Shown here: piece after piece, positions 10,233 through 20,105 of the stretch
Numbering within the stretch: the first letter of the stretch is position 1
Layout: each line of letters opens with the position of its first letter
Assembly: GCA_036677065.1 (NCBI GenBank)
Contig: JAKFBS010000001.1
Location: forward strand, 288,001 to 352,000
Reading direction: 5' to 3'
Length of the DNA: 64,000 bases
DNA from: Bdellovibrio sp.
GTDB lineage: Bacteria; Bdellovibrionota; Bdellovibrionia; Bdellovibrionales; Bdellovibrionaceae
Notes under the pieces: generated by a model
What the model saw: the letters and a program-made list of their open reading frames with translations, nothing else
What the model was told of the DNA's origin: nothing
The model's database searches: none
Position numbers and translations under genes: made by a program

Positions 10233-10644
10233 GTAATAAATCAATTAAACATTCGCGCCAGTATTCAGGAGCATCAGTACTGTAATCTACAGCGACCTGA
10301 AATCCTTTTTTACCTAAGAACTTAGTGCGGGCGACTGTTCCTGAAATTTCAAGATCCATTTCATGAATCGTGAAATACACCTTATGGCCTACTAAAGAAT
10401 CTAAGTTTAAATTTGCGCGTAATTCTTTTTTAATAAAGTCTTCACGCTTAAAGTGAATTAGAATCCCCGAAGCAGAGGCTTCAATAATTTCGCCGTATTT
10501 TGCAATCTTTTCTAAACTTTCCAGCGAAGAAAAAGAATCCAGTGTTAATGGAGTAATTTCTTTGCGGGGAGCCTGTCTGATTTTTCTTTGTGTTGCACCC
10601 ATAATTTTTGTCTGCTCAGCCTTAGGTTGAACATCCTTTCGCAT
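10222..10644 (-). CDS. PilZ-domain protein
   Basis: RQAPR (RxxxR) and EASASG (D/NxSxxG-like) motifs. Confidence 0.7.
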   Translation of the reverse strand: MRKDVQPKAEQTKIMGATQRKIRQAPRKEITPLTLDSFSSLESLEKIAKYGEIIEASASGILIHFKREDFIKKELRANLNLDSLVGHKVYFTIHEMDLEISGTVARTKFLGKKGFQVAVDYSTDAPEYWRECLIDLLPNS

Positions 10645-10651
10645 GACTAAC

Positions 10652-10679
10652 TCATCGGGGGATACTAGACCAAGGTTGA
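10652..10679 (-). promoter_or_regulatory. Sigma28/FliA-like promoter of the PilZ gene
   Basis: Minus strand TCAA-N16-CCCGATGA, ATG 7 nt downstream. Confidence 0.45.
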
Positions 10680-10712
10680 GGGACGGCTGATTGAATTATT
10701 TTTAAAGGTCTA

Positions 10713-11291
10713 TTAGAAAAAAAAGATTGTCCAATTGTGATCCAAAATGCGCTGTGTATAGCCCACATTGTGTTCCAACTTGATACCATTTGGTGCTTTC
10801 GCATGGAATTTGAAAGTATCTGCAAATTGGCAGGGCTGCCATTCGCCAACAACGGCTTGTGACATCACTTCTAGTGATAGGGCTTTGAAGACTGCTTCTT
10901 TAGCAGTCCACAGATAATCTGCGCCCGGAGCTTCTTGCATTTCGATTGCAGAAGATACGCGCTGAATAGTTTTAGTTAAAACTCGTTCGCTGCGTTCGAT
11001 ATCCATTCCGATAATTTGATCAGACTGAACATAACCACCGATTTTATCTGAATGTGAAATTGAAAAATTCCAGTCAGCCGTTTTTGGGCGCTGATTTAAA
11101 TCTAGAAGTAATTCATTTTCTTTTGCCGTTAAAACATTACTTTCAACAATACCCATACGAATATTTAATCTAAAGTTAGGATTTTTTGAACTGAACTCTT
11201 CTAAAATTAAACCCGAAGCCATAAGGCCGCTGTCGCGTTCTACAAACGCCGCAAACTGATTAAATAAGTCAGTGAACGACGGATTAGCCAT
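10713..11291 (-). CDS. 4'-phosphopantetheinyl transferase (Sfp/EntD-like)
   Basis: FSISHS, IGMDIE, WTAKEAVFKA motifs. Confidence 0.85.
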   Translation of the reverse strand: MANPSFTDLFNQFAAFVERDSGLMASGLILEEFSSKNPNFRLNIRMGIVESNVLTAKENELLLDLNQRPKTADWNFSISHSDKIGGYVQSDQIIGMDIERSERVLTKTIQRVSSAIEMQEAPGADYLWTAKEAVFKALSLEVMSQAVVGEWQPCQFADTFKFHAKAPNGIKLEHNVGYTQRILDHNWTIFFF

Positions 11292-12255
11292 TAAACTGCG
11301 CTGGCCATTCTACAGGTTGGTTACTGGTGATCTTCATCATGCGATCAAGTGAAGCGTAAGCTTTTAAACGTAGATTTTCATCAAGCTTAACTTCAGGTTT
11401 AAAATGCGTCAGGGCATGATGAATTTTTTGTAGATTATTTAATTTCATAAACGGGCAGTCATTGCACATGCAATTTTCATCAACTACGGGGGCCTGAATT
11501 AATTCAGCATCCGGACGAAGTTTTTTCATCTGATGAAAAATTCCGGTTTCAGTGGCTACGATAAATTTATTAAATGATTTATTCTTTTCAACTTCTTCTA
11601 ACAATCTAGAAGTTGAACCAATTACGGTTGCGTATTTTAAAATCTCGTCATCGCATTCAGGATGTGCGATCACTTGGGCATCAGGGTGTTCTTGAATAAG
11701 TTTTTTTAAGCGTTCAGCATTAAATAAAATGTGCACCTGACAAGCTCCAGGCCATAAAATGAATTCGCGATTTAATTGTTTTGATAACCATTTACCTAAA
11801 TGTTGATCCGGCCCAAATAAAATGCGGCGATCTTTAGGAATTGATTCAACGATTTGTTTGGCATTGCTTGAAGTGATGATCACATCAGAAATCGATTTCA
11901 CTTCAGCTGAAGAATTAATGTAGGTTACACAAATTGCATCAGGGTACTGGTGACGCCAAGCTAAGTACTTATCGTACGGCGCACCTTCAACCAGTGAACA
12001 GCCTGCATTCAGGTCAGGAACAAGAACAGTTTTTTCAGGATTAAGAATTTTCACACTCTCAGCCATAAAAACAACGCCGGCTAAAAGAATATTTTTATTG
12101 GGAACAGTTTGGCCCATTTTAGAAAGATAAAAACTATCACCGACATAATCAGCGATATCTTGAATCACACCATCTTCATAATAGTGGGCAAGTAGAGCTA
12201 CATCTTTTTCTTTTTTAAGCTTTTGAATTTCAACGATCAGTTGGGCATCGTTCAT
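11284..12255 (-). CDS. nadA: Quinolinate synthase
   Basis: LAHYY, GDS, AGCSL, YINSSA, CQVH, AHPEC, CPFMK motifs. Confidence 0.95.
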   Translation of the reverse strand: MNDAQLIVEIQKLKKEKDVALLAHYYEDGVIQDIADYVGDSFYLSKMGQTVPNKNILLAGVVFMAESVKILNPEKTVLVPDLNAGCSLVEGAPYDKYLAWRHQYPDAICVTYINSSAEVKSISDVIITSSNAKQIVESIPKDRRILFGPDQHLGKWLSKQLNREFILWPGACQVHILFNAERLKKLIQEHPDAQVIAHPECDDEILKYATVIGSTSRLLEEVEKNKSFNKFIVATETGIFHQMKKLRPDAELIQAPVVDENCMCNDCPFMKLNNLQKIHHALTHFKPEVKLDENLRLKAYASLDRMMKITSNQPVEWPAQFNG

Positions 12256-12269
12256 GTGGCTCCTGCAAG

Positions 12270-12863
12270 CTAAACGTTCGATCCACCCTTAAGAGTCTGG
12301 ATAATCGATTTAGACATCATTTTGAAGCTCTCAAGTACACCTTTGCCCTCAAAGGCACAAGCTTCAATTTCCTGAGCGTTAAAACGATTTAAATGTTTGC
12401 GCAGTTCACTGATGGGTAACGCTGTAGGAAGATCACGTTTGTTATACTGTAAAATTAAAGGAATATCTTTGATGTCATAACCCTGTTGGATCAAGTTTTT
12501 CTCTAAATTATCAAGCGCTTGAAGATTTTCATCTAAACGATCAGCTTGTGAATCAGCCACGAAAATAATGCCATCAATGCCTTGTAGGATCAGCTTACGA
12601 GTCGCATCGTAAACAATCTGGCCTGGAACGCTGTAAACATGAAAACGTGTTTTAAAGCCACGAATTTCGCCGATATCCAGCGGTAAAAAATCAAATAACA
12701 AAGTACGTTCAATTTCAGTGTTTAAAGCCATCAGCTTTGATTTCTGATCTTGCGCTAAAGATTGGTACATCCATTGGATGTTTGTCGTTTTACCGCCCAG
12801 TGATGGCCCGTAATAAACGATCTTGCAGTGAATTTCTTTAGCATTGTAATTAAATAAAGACAT
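12270..12863 (-). CDS. mglA: Ras-like small GTPase MglA
   Basis: EIHCKIVYYGPSLGGKTTN, RTLLFDFLP, VPGQ, NKRD; directly downstream of recR. Confidence 0.93.
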   Translation of the reverse strand: MSLFNYNAKEIHCKIVYYGPSLGGKTTNIQWMYQSLAQDQKSKLMALNTEIERTLLFDFLPLDIGEIRGFKTRFHVYSVPGQIVYDATRKLILQGIDGIIFVADSQADRLDENLQALDNLEKNLIQQGYDIKDIPLILQYNKRDLPTALPISELRKHLNRFNAQEIEACAFEGKGVLESFKMMSKSIIQTLKGGSNV

Positions 12864-13478
12864 TTAGAGTTCAATCCTGTTCTCTAAGGCGCGACCCATA
12901 GTGCGATCGTCGATAAAATCAATATCTGAACCAATCGGAATTCCGTGTGCAATGCGTGAAAGCTTAATGCCTGTACCTTGAAAAGTTTTAGCTAAGTATA
13001 AAGCTGTGGTGTCGCCTTCAAGATCTGCATCTAAGGCTAAAATAACTTCTTTAATAACTGGGCCTTCGCCATCAATCCCTTTTTGGATTTTAGCCATAAG
13101 CTCTTTAATTTTTAAATCTTTTGCGGTGATTCCTTCAAGCGGCGAAATTACGCCGTGAAGCACATGGTAACGGCCGCGAAAAGCGCCCGAAGATTCAATA
13201 CGAAAAATATCTGATGGTTCTTCAACCAAACAAATTGAATCATTGCCGCGATGTGGATCTTCACAAAATTTGCAAAGTTCACGATCGGTGTAATTGTAAC
13301 ACTCAGGGCACGAATGCACTTCGGTTTGCACACGCAGCAAAGATTCAGATAATTTTTCAGGATACGAGTCTTTAGATTTTAAAATATAGAACGCCAGACG
13401 TTGAGCGGTTTTGGGCCCAATGCCTGGTAAGCGTGAAAGCTCGTGAACTAATTTTTCTAAAGAAGCGATATGTAACAT
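12864..13478 (-). CDS. recR: Recombination protein RecR
   Basis: LPGIGPKTAQRLA HhH, C4 zinc finger, Toprim EGDTTA. Confidence 0.97.
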   Translation of the reverse strand: MLHIASLEKLVHELSRLPGIGPKTAQRLAFYILKSKDSYPEKLSESLLRVQTEVHSCPECYNYTDRELCKFCEDPHRGNDSICLVEEPSDIFRIESSGAFRGRYHVLHGVISPLEGITAKDLKIKELMAKIQKGIDGEGPVIKEVILALDADLEGDTTALYLAKTFQGTGIKLSRIAHGIPIGSDIDFIDDRTMGRALENRIEL

Positions 13479-13481
13479 CGA

Positions 13482-13820
13482 TTAGAACATTCCTGGAATA
13501 TTCATGCCGCCAGTGATTTTAGACATCTCTTTTGCAGATTCATCTTTGGCAGTTTTTAAAGCATCATTAACCGCAGCAGTTACCAGATCTTGTAACATTT
13601 CTGTGTCGCCAGATTTCATCACTTCAGGATTAATTGTTAACGCTAAAACTTTATTTTCGCCGTTAACTTTAGCTGTTACTGCGCCACCACCAGCTGTGCC
13701 AGTGTATTCACGAGTTGCTAGTTCTTCTTGAAGCTTTTTCATTTTCATTTGCATTTGGTTAGCTTGTTTCATTAAACCAGCCATACCGTTCATTCCGCCG
13801 CCGCCGCCGAAACCTTTCAT
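13482..13820 (-). CDS. ybaB: YbaB/EbfC nucleoid-associated protein
   Basis: AGGGAVT, D.EMLQDLVTAAVNDA; lies between dnaX and recR. Confidence 0.93.
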   Translation of the reverse strand: MKGFGGGGGMNGMAGLMKQANQMQMKMKKLQEELATREYTGTAGGGAVTAKVNGENKVLALTINPEVMKSGDTEMLQDLVTAAVNDALKTAKDESAKEMSKITGGMNIPGMF

Positions 13821-13823
13821 ACG

Positions 13824-15440
13824 TTACTCCTTGTTCGAAATAATCTTTGCCTGAGCTTTGAAGACTCGTTGTGCAGCTTGCACACGCGGATCTTGCATAA
13901 TCTCAGTCGTTAATTTGTCTTCAGATTCTTTTTCAATTTTTTGATTCATGCTTTTGCTAGAATCCCCTGAAGCGACTTTTGCTTTAACAACTGTAAAAGT
14001 GTAGCCCTCTCCAAAGAACGAATCAATAAAACCTTGTAATTTTTGATGAGTTTCCCCTTGGCTCAGCTGTTCGGCTAAAAATGAAAATTGAGCGGCAGCT
14101 TCCAGGGTGAAATGCTTCTCATTTAGGCCAGCAAAAACGATGTTATCAAGTTTCGCGGCTAAGAATGCATTTTCTTGTTTAAGGTGAGATACAAATTTCA
14201 TCCAGCTCTCTGCATTTAGAGAGGGTTTGACCACCACTTTCACCGGTTCTGGTTTAGGCGGTGTTGGAGCGGAAGCGGACTCTGATTTAGGGAGTCCCTG
14301 AAACTTTGGGATAGTTGAAGCACCCGAGAGTAAATTTTGAATATCTGCAATGCGGGGGGCTTGTGCTATGCGAAGTAAACAAACTTCAAAAACCATAAAT
14401 GGATCAGTGGCGCGCACCAAATCAGATAATGATTTTAACGCCATATCAAAAAGCAGGTGTAAATTTGAATCTGATTGGGTCTTTGCAAATTCACGTAAGC
14501 TTTGAACTTCTTCAGCCGGTAAATCGATTAAAATTTCGCTGTCTGGAGCCGTTTTTAAAACAATCGTATGACGCAATAATTGAATCAGCTCTTCAAAAAA
14601 TAATGAAGGGCTTGTTCCCATCGTGTGAGCTTTTTCAAGATCAGCAACAACGGCTTTGGGATTGCGCTCTAGTAAGTGCGCATAGATATCATAAATTAAG
14701 CCACGATCAGTTAAACCTAAAACACCAGCGACGTTTTGTTCAGTTAACTGGCCAGTCGTGAAATTTACGACTTGGTCTAATAAACTTAAGCTATCACGGG
14801 CTGATCCATCACCTTGGCGGGCGATTAACCATAACGCTTTATCATCGGCTTCAATTTTTTCTAAATCGCAGATCTTACGCAGTAAGCCTGCCATTTGTTT
14901 AAAAGGAATACGGCGTAAATCAAAACGCTGGCAACGCGATAAAATCGTTTGCGGAATTTTATGAACCTCGGTTGTGGCCATCATAAAAATCACATGTGCT
15001 GGTGGTTCTTCTAATGTTTTTAGTAAAGCATTAAAAGCTGAAGTCGATAACATATGAACTTCATCAATAATAAAAATTTTGTATTTGCCTGAAGTCGGCA
15101 TAAACATCACGTTGTCGCGTAAATCACGAATGGCATCGACACCGTTGTTCGAAGCTCCATCGATTTCAATAATATCAACCGCACGCCCACTGCTGGCTTC
15201 AACACATGAAGCGCAAACATTGCACGGAGAAAAATTAACTGGATTTTCGCAACGAAGAGTTTTCGCTAAAATTCTGGCTGAAGTTGTTTTTCCGGTTCCG
15301 CGTAAGCCTGTAAATAAAATCGCATGCGGAACACGCCCAGCTTTTAAAGCGTTAATCAGAGTTTGTGAAATATGACTTTGTCCAACCAGTTGGTCGAACG
15401 ATTGCGGTCGATATTTACGGGCAAAAACTTGATAAGACAA
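13824..15440 (-). CDS. dnaX: DNA polymerase III gamma/tau subunit
   Basis: SYQVFARKYRP, GLRGTGKT, EIDGASNNGVD, DEVHML, SRC; start reassigned to TTG 15440 (GAGGGG RBS) because the track start lies inside the SRP RNA. Confidence 0.96.
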   Translation of the reverse strand: MSYQVFARKYRPQSFDQLVGQSHISQTLINALKAGRVPHAILFTGLRGTGKTTSARILAKTLRCENPVNFSPCNVCASCVEASSGRAVDIIEIDGASNNGVDAIRDLRDNVMFMPTSGKYKIFIIDEVHMLSTSAFNALLKTLEEPPAHVIFMMATTEVHKIPQTILSRCQRFDLRRIPFKQMAGLLRKICDLEKIEADDKALWLIARQGDGSARDSLSLLDQVVNFTTGQLTEQNVAGVLGLTDRGLIYDIYAHLLERNPKAVVADLEKAHTMGTSPSLFFEELIQLLRHTIVLKTAPDSEILIDLPAEEVQSLREFAKTQSDSNLHLLFDMALKSLSDLVRATDPFMVFEVCLLRIAQAPRIADIQNLLSGASTIPKFQGLPKSESASAPTPPKPEPVKVVVKPSLNAESWMKFVSHLKQENAFLAAKLDNIVFAGLNEKHFTLEAAAQFSFLAEQLSQGETHQKLQGFIDSFFGEGYTFTVVKAKVASGDSSKSMNQKIEKESEDKLTTEIMQDPRVQAAQRVFKAQAKIISNKE

Positions 15441-15461
15441 AGAACCCCTCGAAAAAAAAGA

Positions 15462-15555
15462 GCTGGGCACCCCATATCGCATAGCTCTTTAGACACCGTT
15501 GCTTCCTTCCGGACCTAGCGGAATTCACTAAAGAGTCTATCGTATGGGACCCAGC
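15462..15555 (-). ncRNA. ffs: Signal recognition particle RNA (small bacterial 4.5S type)
   Basis: Minus strand CCGCTAGGTCCGGAAGGAAGCAACGG domain IV; terminal GCTGGG/CCCAGC stem, T run after it; conserved position upstream of dnaX. Confidence 0.92.
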
Positions 15556-15722
15556 CACTATTGGGTGTAGCTGAAATAGGGGGGCCAATCAGTGATTAAC
15601 ACTCAGGGTCGAGAAGATTGTTACATTGTCGACTTTGTCGTCAGCTTTTTGGGCTCAGAATCGTTTATTTCACTCTGAATCTGGCTGGGTTTTGGCAAAA
15701 CGGCTTGCGAGGTACGTCGACG

Positions 15723-17222
15723 GTGAAAACAATTTCAAAATTAGCTTATTTATTAGCGCTATTCTTAGGCTTGTCAGCCGCCGCTGAAGCCTCAGCCGGC
15801 CGCGCCAAAACTGTTTGCACAATGACCTTCAACTCTGAGAACGAACGCACGGTTTTTACGAAAAACTTGAGCCCGTTAGGTTATGACATCGTCGAGCTGA
15901 CGCCAGAAAGCAAAGATCCGAATTGGTTTTCGCATGCCTGCAATTCAAATATTAAATGCGACATCGTTTTGATGTCAGGTCACTTTGGTGGATTATTTTT
16001 TGGTGAAGGCGGAAAAGCTTCAACACTTTCAGTTGCAGATTTGGTGGCAACACGTGAAGCGCGCACCTGCGGAAATATATTAGATGCACAAGCCGTTTAC
16101 TTAATGGGTTGCAATACCTTGGCTTCAAAAATTAAAGACCACCGAACGATAGATCAGTATTTACGAGTGTTAATTAACGATGGTTTTCCGCTGAATATGG
16201 CAGAAAGTGTGGCGTCGGCTCGTTATTTAAATTTCGGTCAGAGCATGGGCGAAATCATGACTCAGATTTTTTCAAATTCACAAATGATTGCAGGTTTTGA
16301 TTCGACGGGCCCATTAGGTGCGCAGGCGGCTCCGTTATTACAAAAAGCTTTTACAAATTCTTCTCAGGCAGAAAAAATGTCTACGGGTATCGGGCAAAAA
16401 GCTTTAAAAGCTCAGTTTGCAAAACACAATATGCGCGTAATTAATCCGACCCAAATTGCTGTCGATGAAAATTTAAAAGGGGCGTTGTCTTCTGACCCGA
16501 TTGGCGCCGCAAAAGCCTGGAAAAATATTTTAGCATCGCAGTCTTCAATTAGAAAATACTGGGATTTTATCACTCGCCAGCAGTTAAATAGCTCGCTAGC
16601 ACAAGTGGTTATAAGTGAGCCGACCATTCGTGCCCGTTTAGAACTAACGTTTATTGAAATTATTAAAACGGCTCAGGGCTTGTCTGCGATTCAGTTAAAA
16701 TCATTAAACTTTTTAAAACGTTTTCAGGTGATCCAGCCAGAATCTCACACCGTTGCGGTTCTTAAGATCGTTGCTGGTATTCTATCAAAACAAATCGATT
16801 ATGTCAGTGCTGATCAATTATGTGAAATCTTTAAAGAGCAAAAAAATTTAGTGTTGCCAGAAACTTCGAAGCAGAAAATTTCTCAAAGTATCTATTCTGA
16901 ATTTTTAAATAAATGCCGTGGCGAAGTTAAACCCCTTGTCGGCACGCCGGCTATGCGCTGTTTATATGGCGATGGTTCAAGACGCTCAGACTGGTCATGT
17001 TTAACAGATAACTGGATGCAATTAGATGTGCCGTCTTGTCAGTTAGCTAAATCCAGAAATAACGATCCAGAAAATTCAGACGATATGTTGTGGTTCTGTT
17101 ATTCAAAAATGTTAGACATGCGCCAGCTGAATCGCCCGGCTTGTTTAGAGCTCACCCATAGCTTTTCGATCTTAAGTAATCAGCTGAAAATGAACTGGAA
17201 TTGTTTGAACAGGGTGAATTAA
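15723..17222 (+). CDS. Secreted Cys-containing hypothetical protein
   Basis: Signal peptide from GTG 15723 (track starts at 15618); SGHFGG and YLMGCNT motifs, Cys-rich C terminus. Confidence 0.65.
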   Translation: MKTISKLAYLLALFLGLSAAAEASAGRAKTVCTMTFNSENERTVFTKNLSPLGYDIVELTPESKDPNWFSHACNSNIKCDIVLMSGHFGGLFFGEGGKASTLSVADLVATREARTCGNILDAQAVYLMGCNTLASKIKDHRTIDQYLRVLINDGFPLNMAESVASARYLNFGQSMGEIMTQIFSNSQMIAGFDSTGPLGAQAAPLLQKAFTNSSQAEKMSTGIGQKALKAQFAKHNMRVINPTQIAVDENLKGALSSDPIGAAKAWKNILASQSSIRKYWDFITRQQLNSSLAQVVISEPTIRARLELTFIEIIKTAQGLSAIQLKSLNFLKRFQVIQPESHTVAVLKIVAGILSKQIDYVSADQLCEIFKEQKNLVLPETSKQKISQSIYSEFLNKCRGEVKPLVGTPAMRCLYGDGSRRSDWSCLTDNWMQLDVPSCQLAKSRNNDPENSDDMLWFCYSKMLDMRQLNRPACLELTHSFSILSNQLKMNWNCLNRVN

Positions 17223-17421
17223 ATCGAATACATTCCACCATTTTTGTTTCTGCCTGTTAGGAATCTAGACAGTTTCAGTGTCTCACTTTGAGAATTTCAC
17301 TGTCTGAGATGCAGTAAAACGCATTTTTAAATCTTAAAACGATTTTAACATGTTCTTGTCAGGTTGGACCAGATATTGAACTACTTCCTATTGTTACAAG
17401 TTTTAACTTTTAGGAGTATGT

Positions 17422-18987
17422 ATGAAAAAGTCTTTTGTTTTATTATCAGCTTTAGTTGTTACAACAACGTTTATCGTTAATTGTCAAAAAGCTCCGGATA
17501 AAAGACGCGTTCGCCCTACAGCAGGTGGATCAGGTACACAATCTGATGTAGTTGATAAAACAAAACTTCCTACAAAAGTTTGCAGTGCTGAATTATTAAA
17601 TAACTATAAATCATTTCATAAAAGCCAAGTTTTATTAAATAAAACTACGATCACAGCATCTTCAACTGAAGCAGAAAAAGAATCGCAAAGAAAATTAGGC
17701 GTTGAGACGTTAGCAAAATGTGACGAAGTTATTGATAAATTAAAACTAGAAGACAACCAAGGTTGTTACATGGATAACGGCGTTAAAGATGTATCAAATG
17801 CTTTAATGGTTCCTAGCATGCAAAATATCTGTAATAAATTAGGTGCAAAATTAAAAGCAGAAGTTGAATTAGATAGTTCTTACGCTGATGCGGCAAAAGA
17901 AAACGAAAAAGCAAAAGAAGAAGCTAAAAAAGTTCAAGAAAACTTTATCGGTAAAGATAAAACTTTTAAAATTTCAGAACAAGTTCTTGATATGATGTAC
18001 GAAGGTAACACAAACCTTGGTATGTTCTTAACTGAAGGTGAAGTTAAATCTTCGAAATCTTCTTTAGAAACAGCTCTAGCAGCTTCTAAAACTGTTTGTA
18101 CGGCGATCGGTGAAGGCATTTCTAAAGAACAAACTTTAAAAGAAACTGTTTTGACTTTTACTTCATTTGAAAATGCTGACAAATCGAACTTAGATGAATT
18201 AGCTATTGAATTTAAAGGCAAAGCTACAATGATTAACTTAGTTCTTCAATCTGAAGGTGAAATTACAACGGCAGGTAATTTACTTTGCTTAAACTTAGAG
18301 GTCGCAAAATTATCAGTAAATAAATTAACAGAAGTTTTCGGAAAAGGTATTACATCTGCTCCGGTAAAAGTAACTACTGAAGTAACTGGCGCAACATCTG
18401 AATCAACTCCAGCTGCGGCTTCAGCAACAACTACTGTATCAGCTACGGCATTTACATCGCAAGATTTAGCTGCGAAACAACCTGCTGGTTCACCGCAAGA
18501 TCAGCACTTAGCTTCTGGTACTGCGCAAATGATCGCTGATGCTAATAAAGAAGTTCCGCAAAAAGAAGCTGATCAAAAAGCTGCTGCTGACAAAGCGGCT
18601 GCAGAGAAAAAAGCTAAAGAAGAAAAAGCAGCCGCAGATAAATTAGCTGCTGATAAAGCTGAAAAAGAAGAAGTCGCTAAAGAAGAAGCTGCTAAAGTTA
18701 CAGTGGTAACGACACCAGTTGCTTCTACTGGCGCCTCTGCAACAGCTGCTACAAAAGAACAAGCTGAAGATGCTGCTGGCCAATTAGCGATGTTAAAAGA
18801 AAAAGCTGAGCGTTTAGAAGCTGAAGCCGTTGCTGCTGAAGCTGATGTTAAAAAATTAGAAGAAGCAAATGCTAAAGCTGAAGACGTTGACCAAGCAAAA
18901 GCAAAAGCCCGCATCACTCGTGAATCGGCAAATTCAGCAAAAGCAGACTACGATGCAGCTAACAAAACTGCAGTAGCTGCAAAATAA
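17422..18987 (+). CDS. Lipoprotein with Ala/Lys/Glu-rich coiled-coil tail
   Basis: Lipobox-like FIVNC, AGGAG RBS, TolA-like KAAADK repeats. Confidence 0.75.
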   Translation: MKKSFVLLSALVVTTTFIVNCQKAPDKRRVRPTAGGSGTQSDVVDKTKLPTKVCSAELLNNYKSFHKSQVLLNKTTITASSTEAEKESQRKLGVETLAKCDEVIDKLKLEDNQGCYMDNGVKDVSNALMVPSMQNICNKLGAKLKAEVELDSSYADAAKENEKAKEEAKKVQENFIGKDKTFKISEQVLDMMYEGNTNLGMFLTEGEVKSSKSSLETALAASKTVCTAIGEGISKEQTLKETVLTFTSFENADKSNLDELAIEFKGKATMINLVLQSEGEITTAGNLLCLNLEVAKLSVNKLTEVFGKGITSAPVKVTTEVTGATSESTPAAASATTTVSATAFTSQDLAAKQPAGSPQDQHLASGTAQMIADANKEVPQKEADQKAAADKAAAEKKAKEEKAAADKLAADKAEKEEVAKEEAAKVTVVTTPVASTGASATAATKEQAEDAAGQLAMLKEKAERLEAEAVAAEADVKKLEEANAKAEDVDQAKAKARITRESANSAKADYDAANKTAVAAK

Positions 18988-18988
18988 T

Positions 18989-19966
18989 TTAATTTTTAAT
19001 GATCTTGCGGAGTGAATCAAATTCCTCCGCCCAATATCTGTAAGTGTTAAACTCAGGAAAAATTTTCGGAAAGCTTGGATCGTTCCAGCGATTTAAAATC
19101 CACCCCGCATAACAAATCACACGGTACGCGCGTAAATACGGAACCAGCTCTAACTGCCGTTCATCAAATTTACGTAGAGTTTCATAACCTTTTAAAAATA
19201 ATTCGAATTCTTTAGTTGGCGTAAATTCCTGATCAGGAAAGATCATCCAGAAATCCTGCACCACCGGCCCATTGATAAAATCATCAAAATCGACAATGGT
19301 AATGTCGTTCTGGCCGTTATCTAATAAATTACCGCGGTGAAGATCGCCGTGAATGCGTATAAAGCCCTGGGGATCAAGTTTGTTATCAAGGGTTTCGAAC
19401 ACGTGCTCGGCTAAATCCATGTACTGGTGATGAATCTCGGGCGCAATAACCGTATCTAGTTGATCAAGTAAAAACCATTTGTTGTCTTGGCTAGGCCCGA
19501 AGAAATTGCGATGAAGTGCTTCTTTTTTTTCGCCGGTATTATGTAATTGCGCAGTTAGGGATCCCAGTTTTTCAAATTGGTTTAACAGCACTTCTTGCAT
19601 CATGCGGCCGCGCACTTTTTCATAAAAGCAGTATAAAATGCCGTTAGCCTCAAAAACCGTTTCTTGATTTTTCGCGCGTAAGGGTAAGCCCACCGACAAA
19701 CCATCATTGTGCAGGTCAAAACAGAATTCATGTTCGTCGGCGATGGTTTCTTTTGACCAGCGCCCAGGGCGAAAGAACTTAGCAATCACTGATTGGCTGT
19801 CTTCTAATTTGATTTCGAAAACGCGGTTTTCATAAGAATTTAATTGGTGAATTTCACCAGTGGGTTTATAGCCATTAAGATCGGCGCACTGAAGAATCAG
19901 GTGCGGGTCTAAATTAAAAAACTGGTCTGTTTGAACCTTAGAATTCACTGTCATTGAACAAATCAC
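18989..19966 (-). CDS. srkA: Stress response kinase SrkA/RdoA
   Basis: LNSYENRV, KFFRPGRW, HGDLHRGN, DFDD, RWNDPSFP. Confidence 0.9.
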   Translation of the reverse strand: MICSMTVNSKVQTDQFFNLDPHLILQCADLNGYKPTGEIHQLNSYENRVFEIKLEDSQSVIAKFFRPGRWSKETIADEHEFCFDLHNDGLSVGLPLRAKNQETVFEANGILYCFYEKVRGRMMQEVLLNQFEKLGSLTAQLHNTGEKKEALHRNFFGPSQDNKWFLLDQLDTVIAPEIHHQYMDLAEHVFETLDNKLDPQGFIRIHGDLHRGNLLDNGQNDITIVDFDDFINGPVVQDFWMIFPDQEFTPTKEFELFLKGYETLRKFDERQLELVPYLRAYRVICYAGWILNRWNDPSFPKIFPEFNTYRYWAEEFDSLRKIIKN

Positions 19967-20105
19967 CCTTGCATATCTTACAATGAAAAACCACCGATTG
20001 TGCCCTACAGTAGCCGTATATTCGTTTTAAGGCTAGTCATTTGTGGCTCTTGGCTTGCTTAGTTTCTATCTTGATAGTTTTTAATTTAGGACTTCGGAGG
20101 CTTGC

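Noticed and set aside
15441..15482. N-terminal extension of DnaX in the track
   Set aside because: It overlaps the SRP RNA and its terminator; TTG 15440 has an RBS and gives the conserved N terminus.
17234..17245. TCCACCATTTTT resembling the tmRNA end
   Set aside because: Short match in core-like context with no island evidence; shows such matches can arise by chance.
18540..18700. Nucleotide-level repeats
   Set aside because: Explained by the Ala/Lys-rich coding sequence of the lipoprotein.
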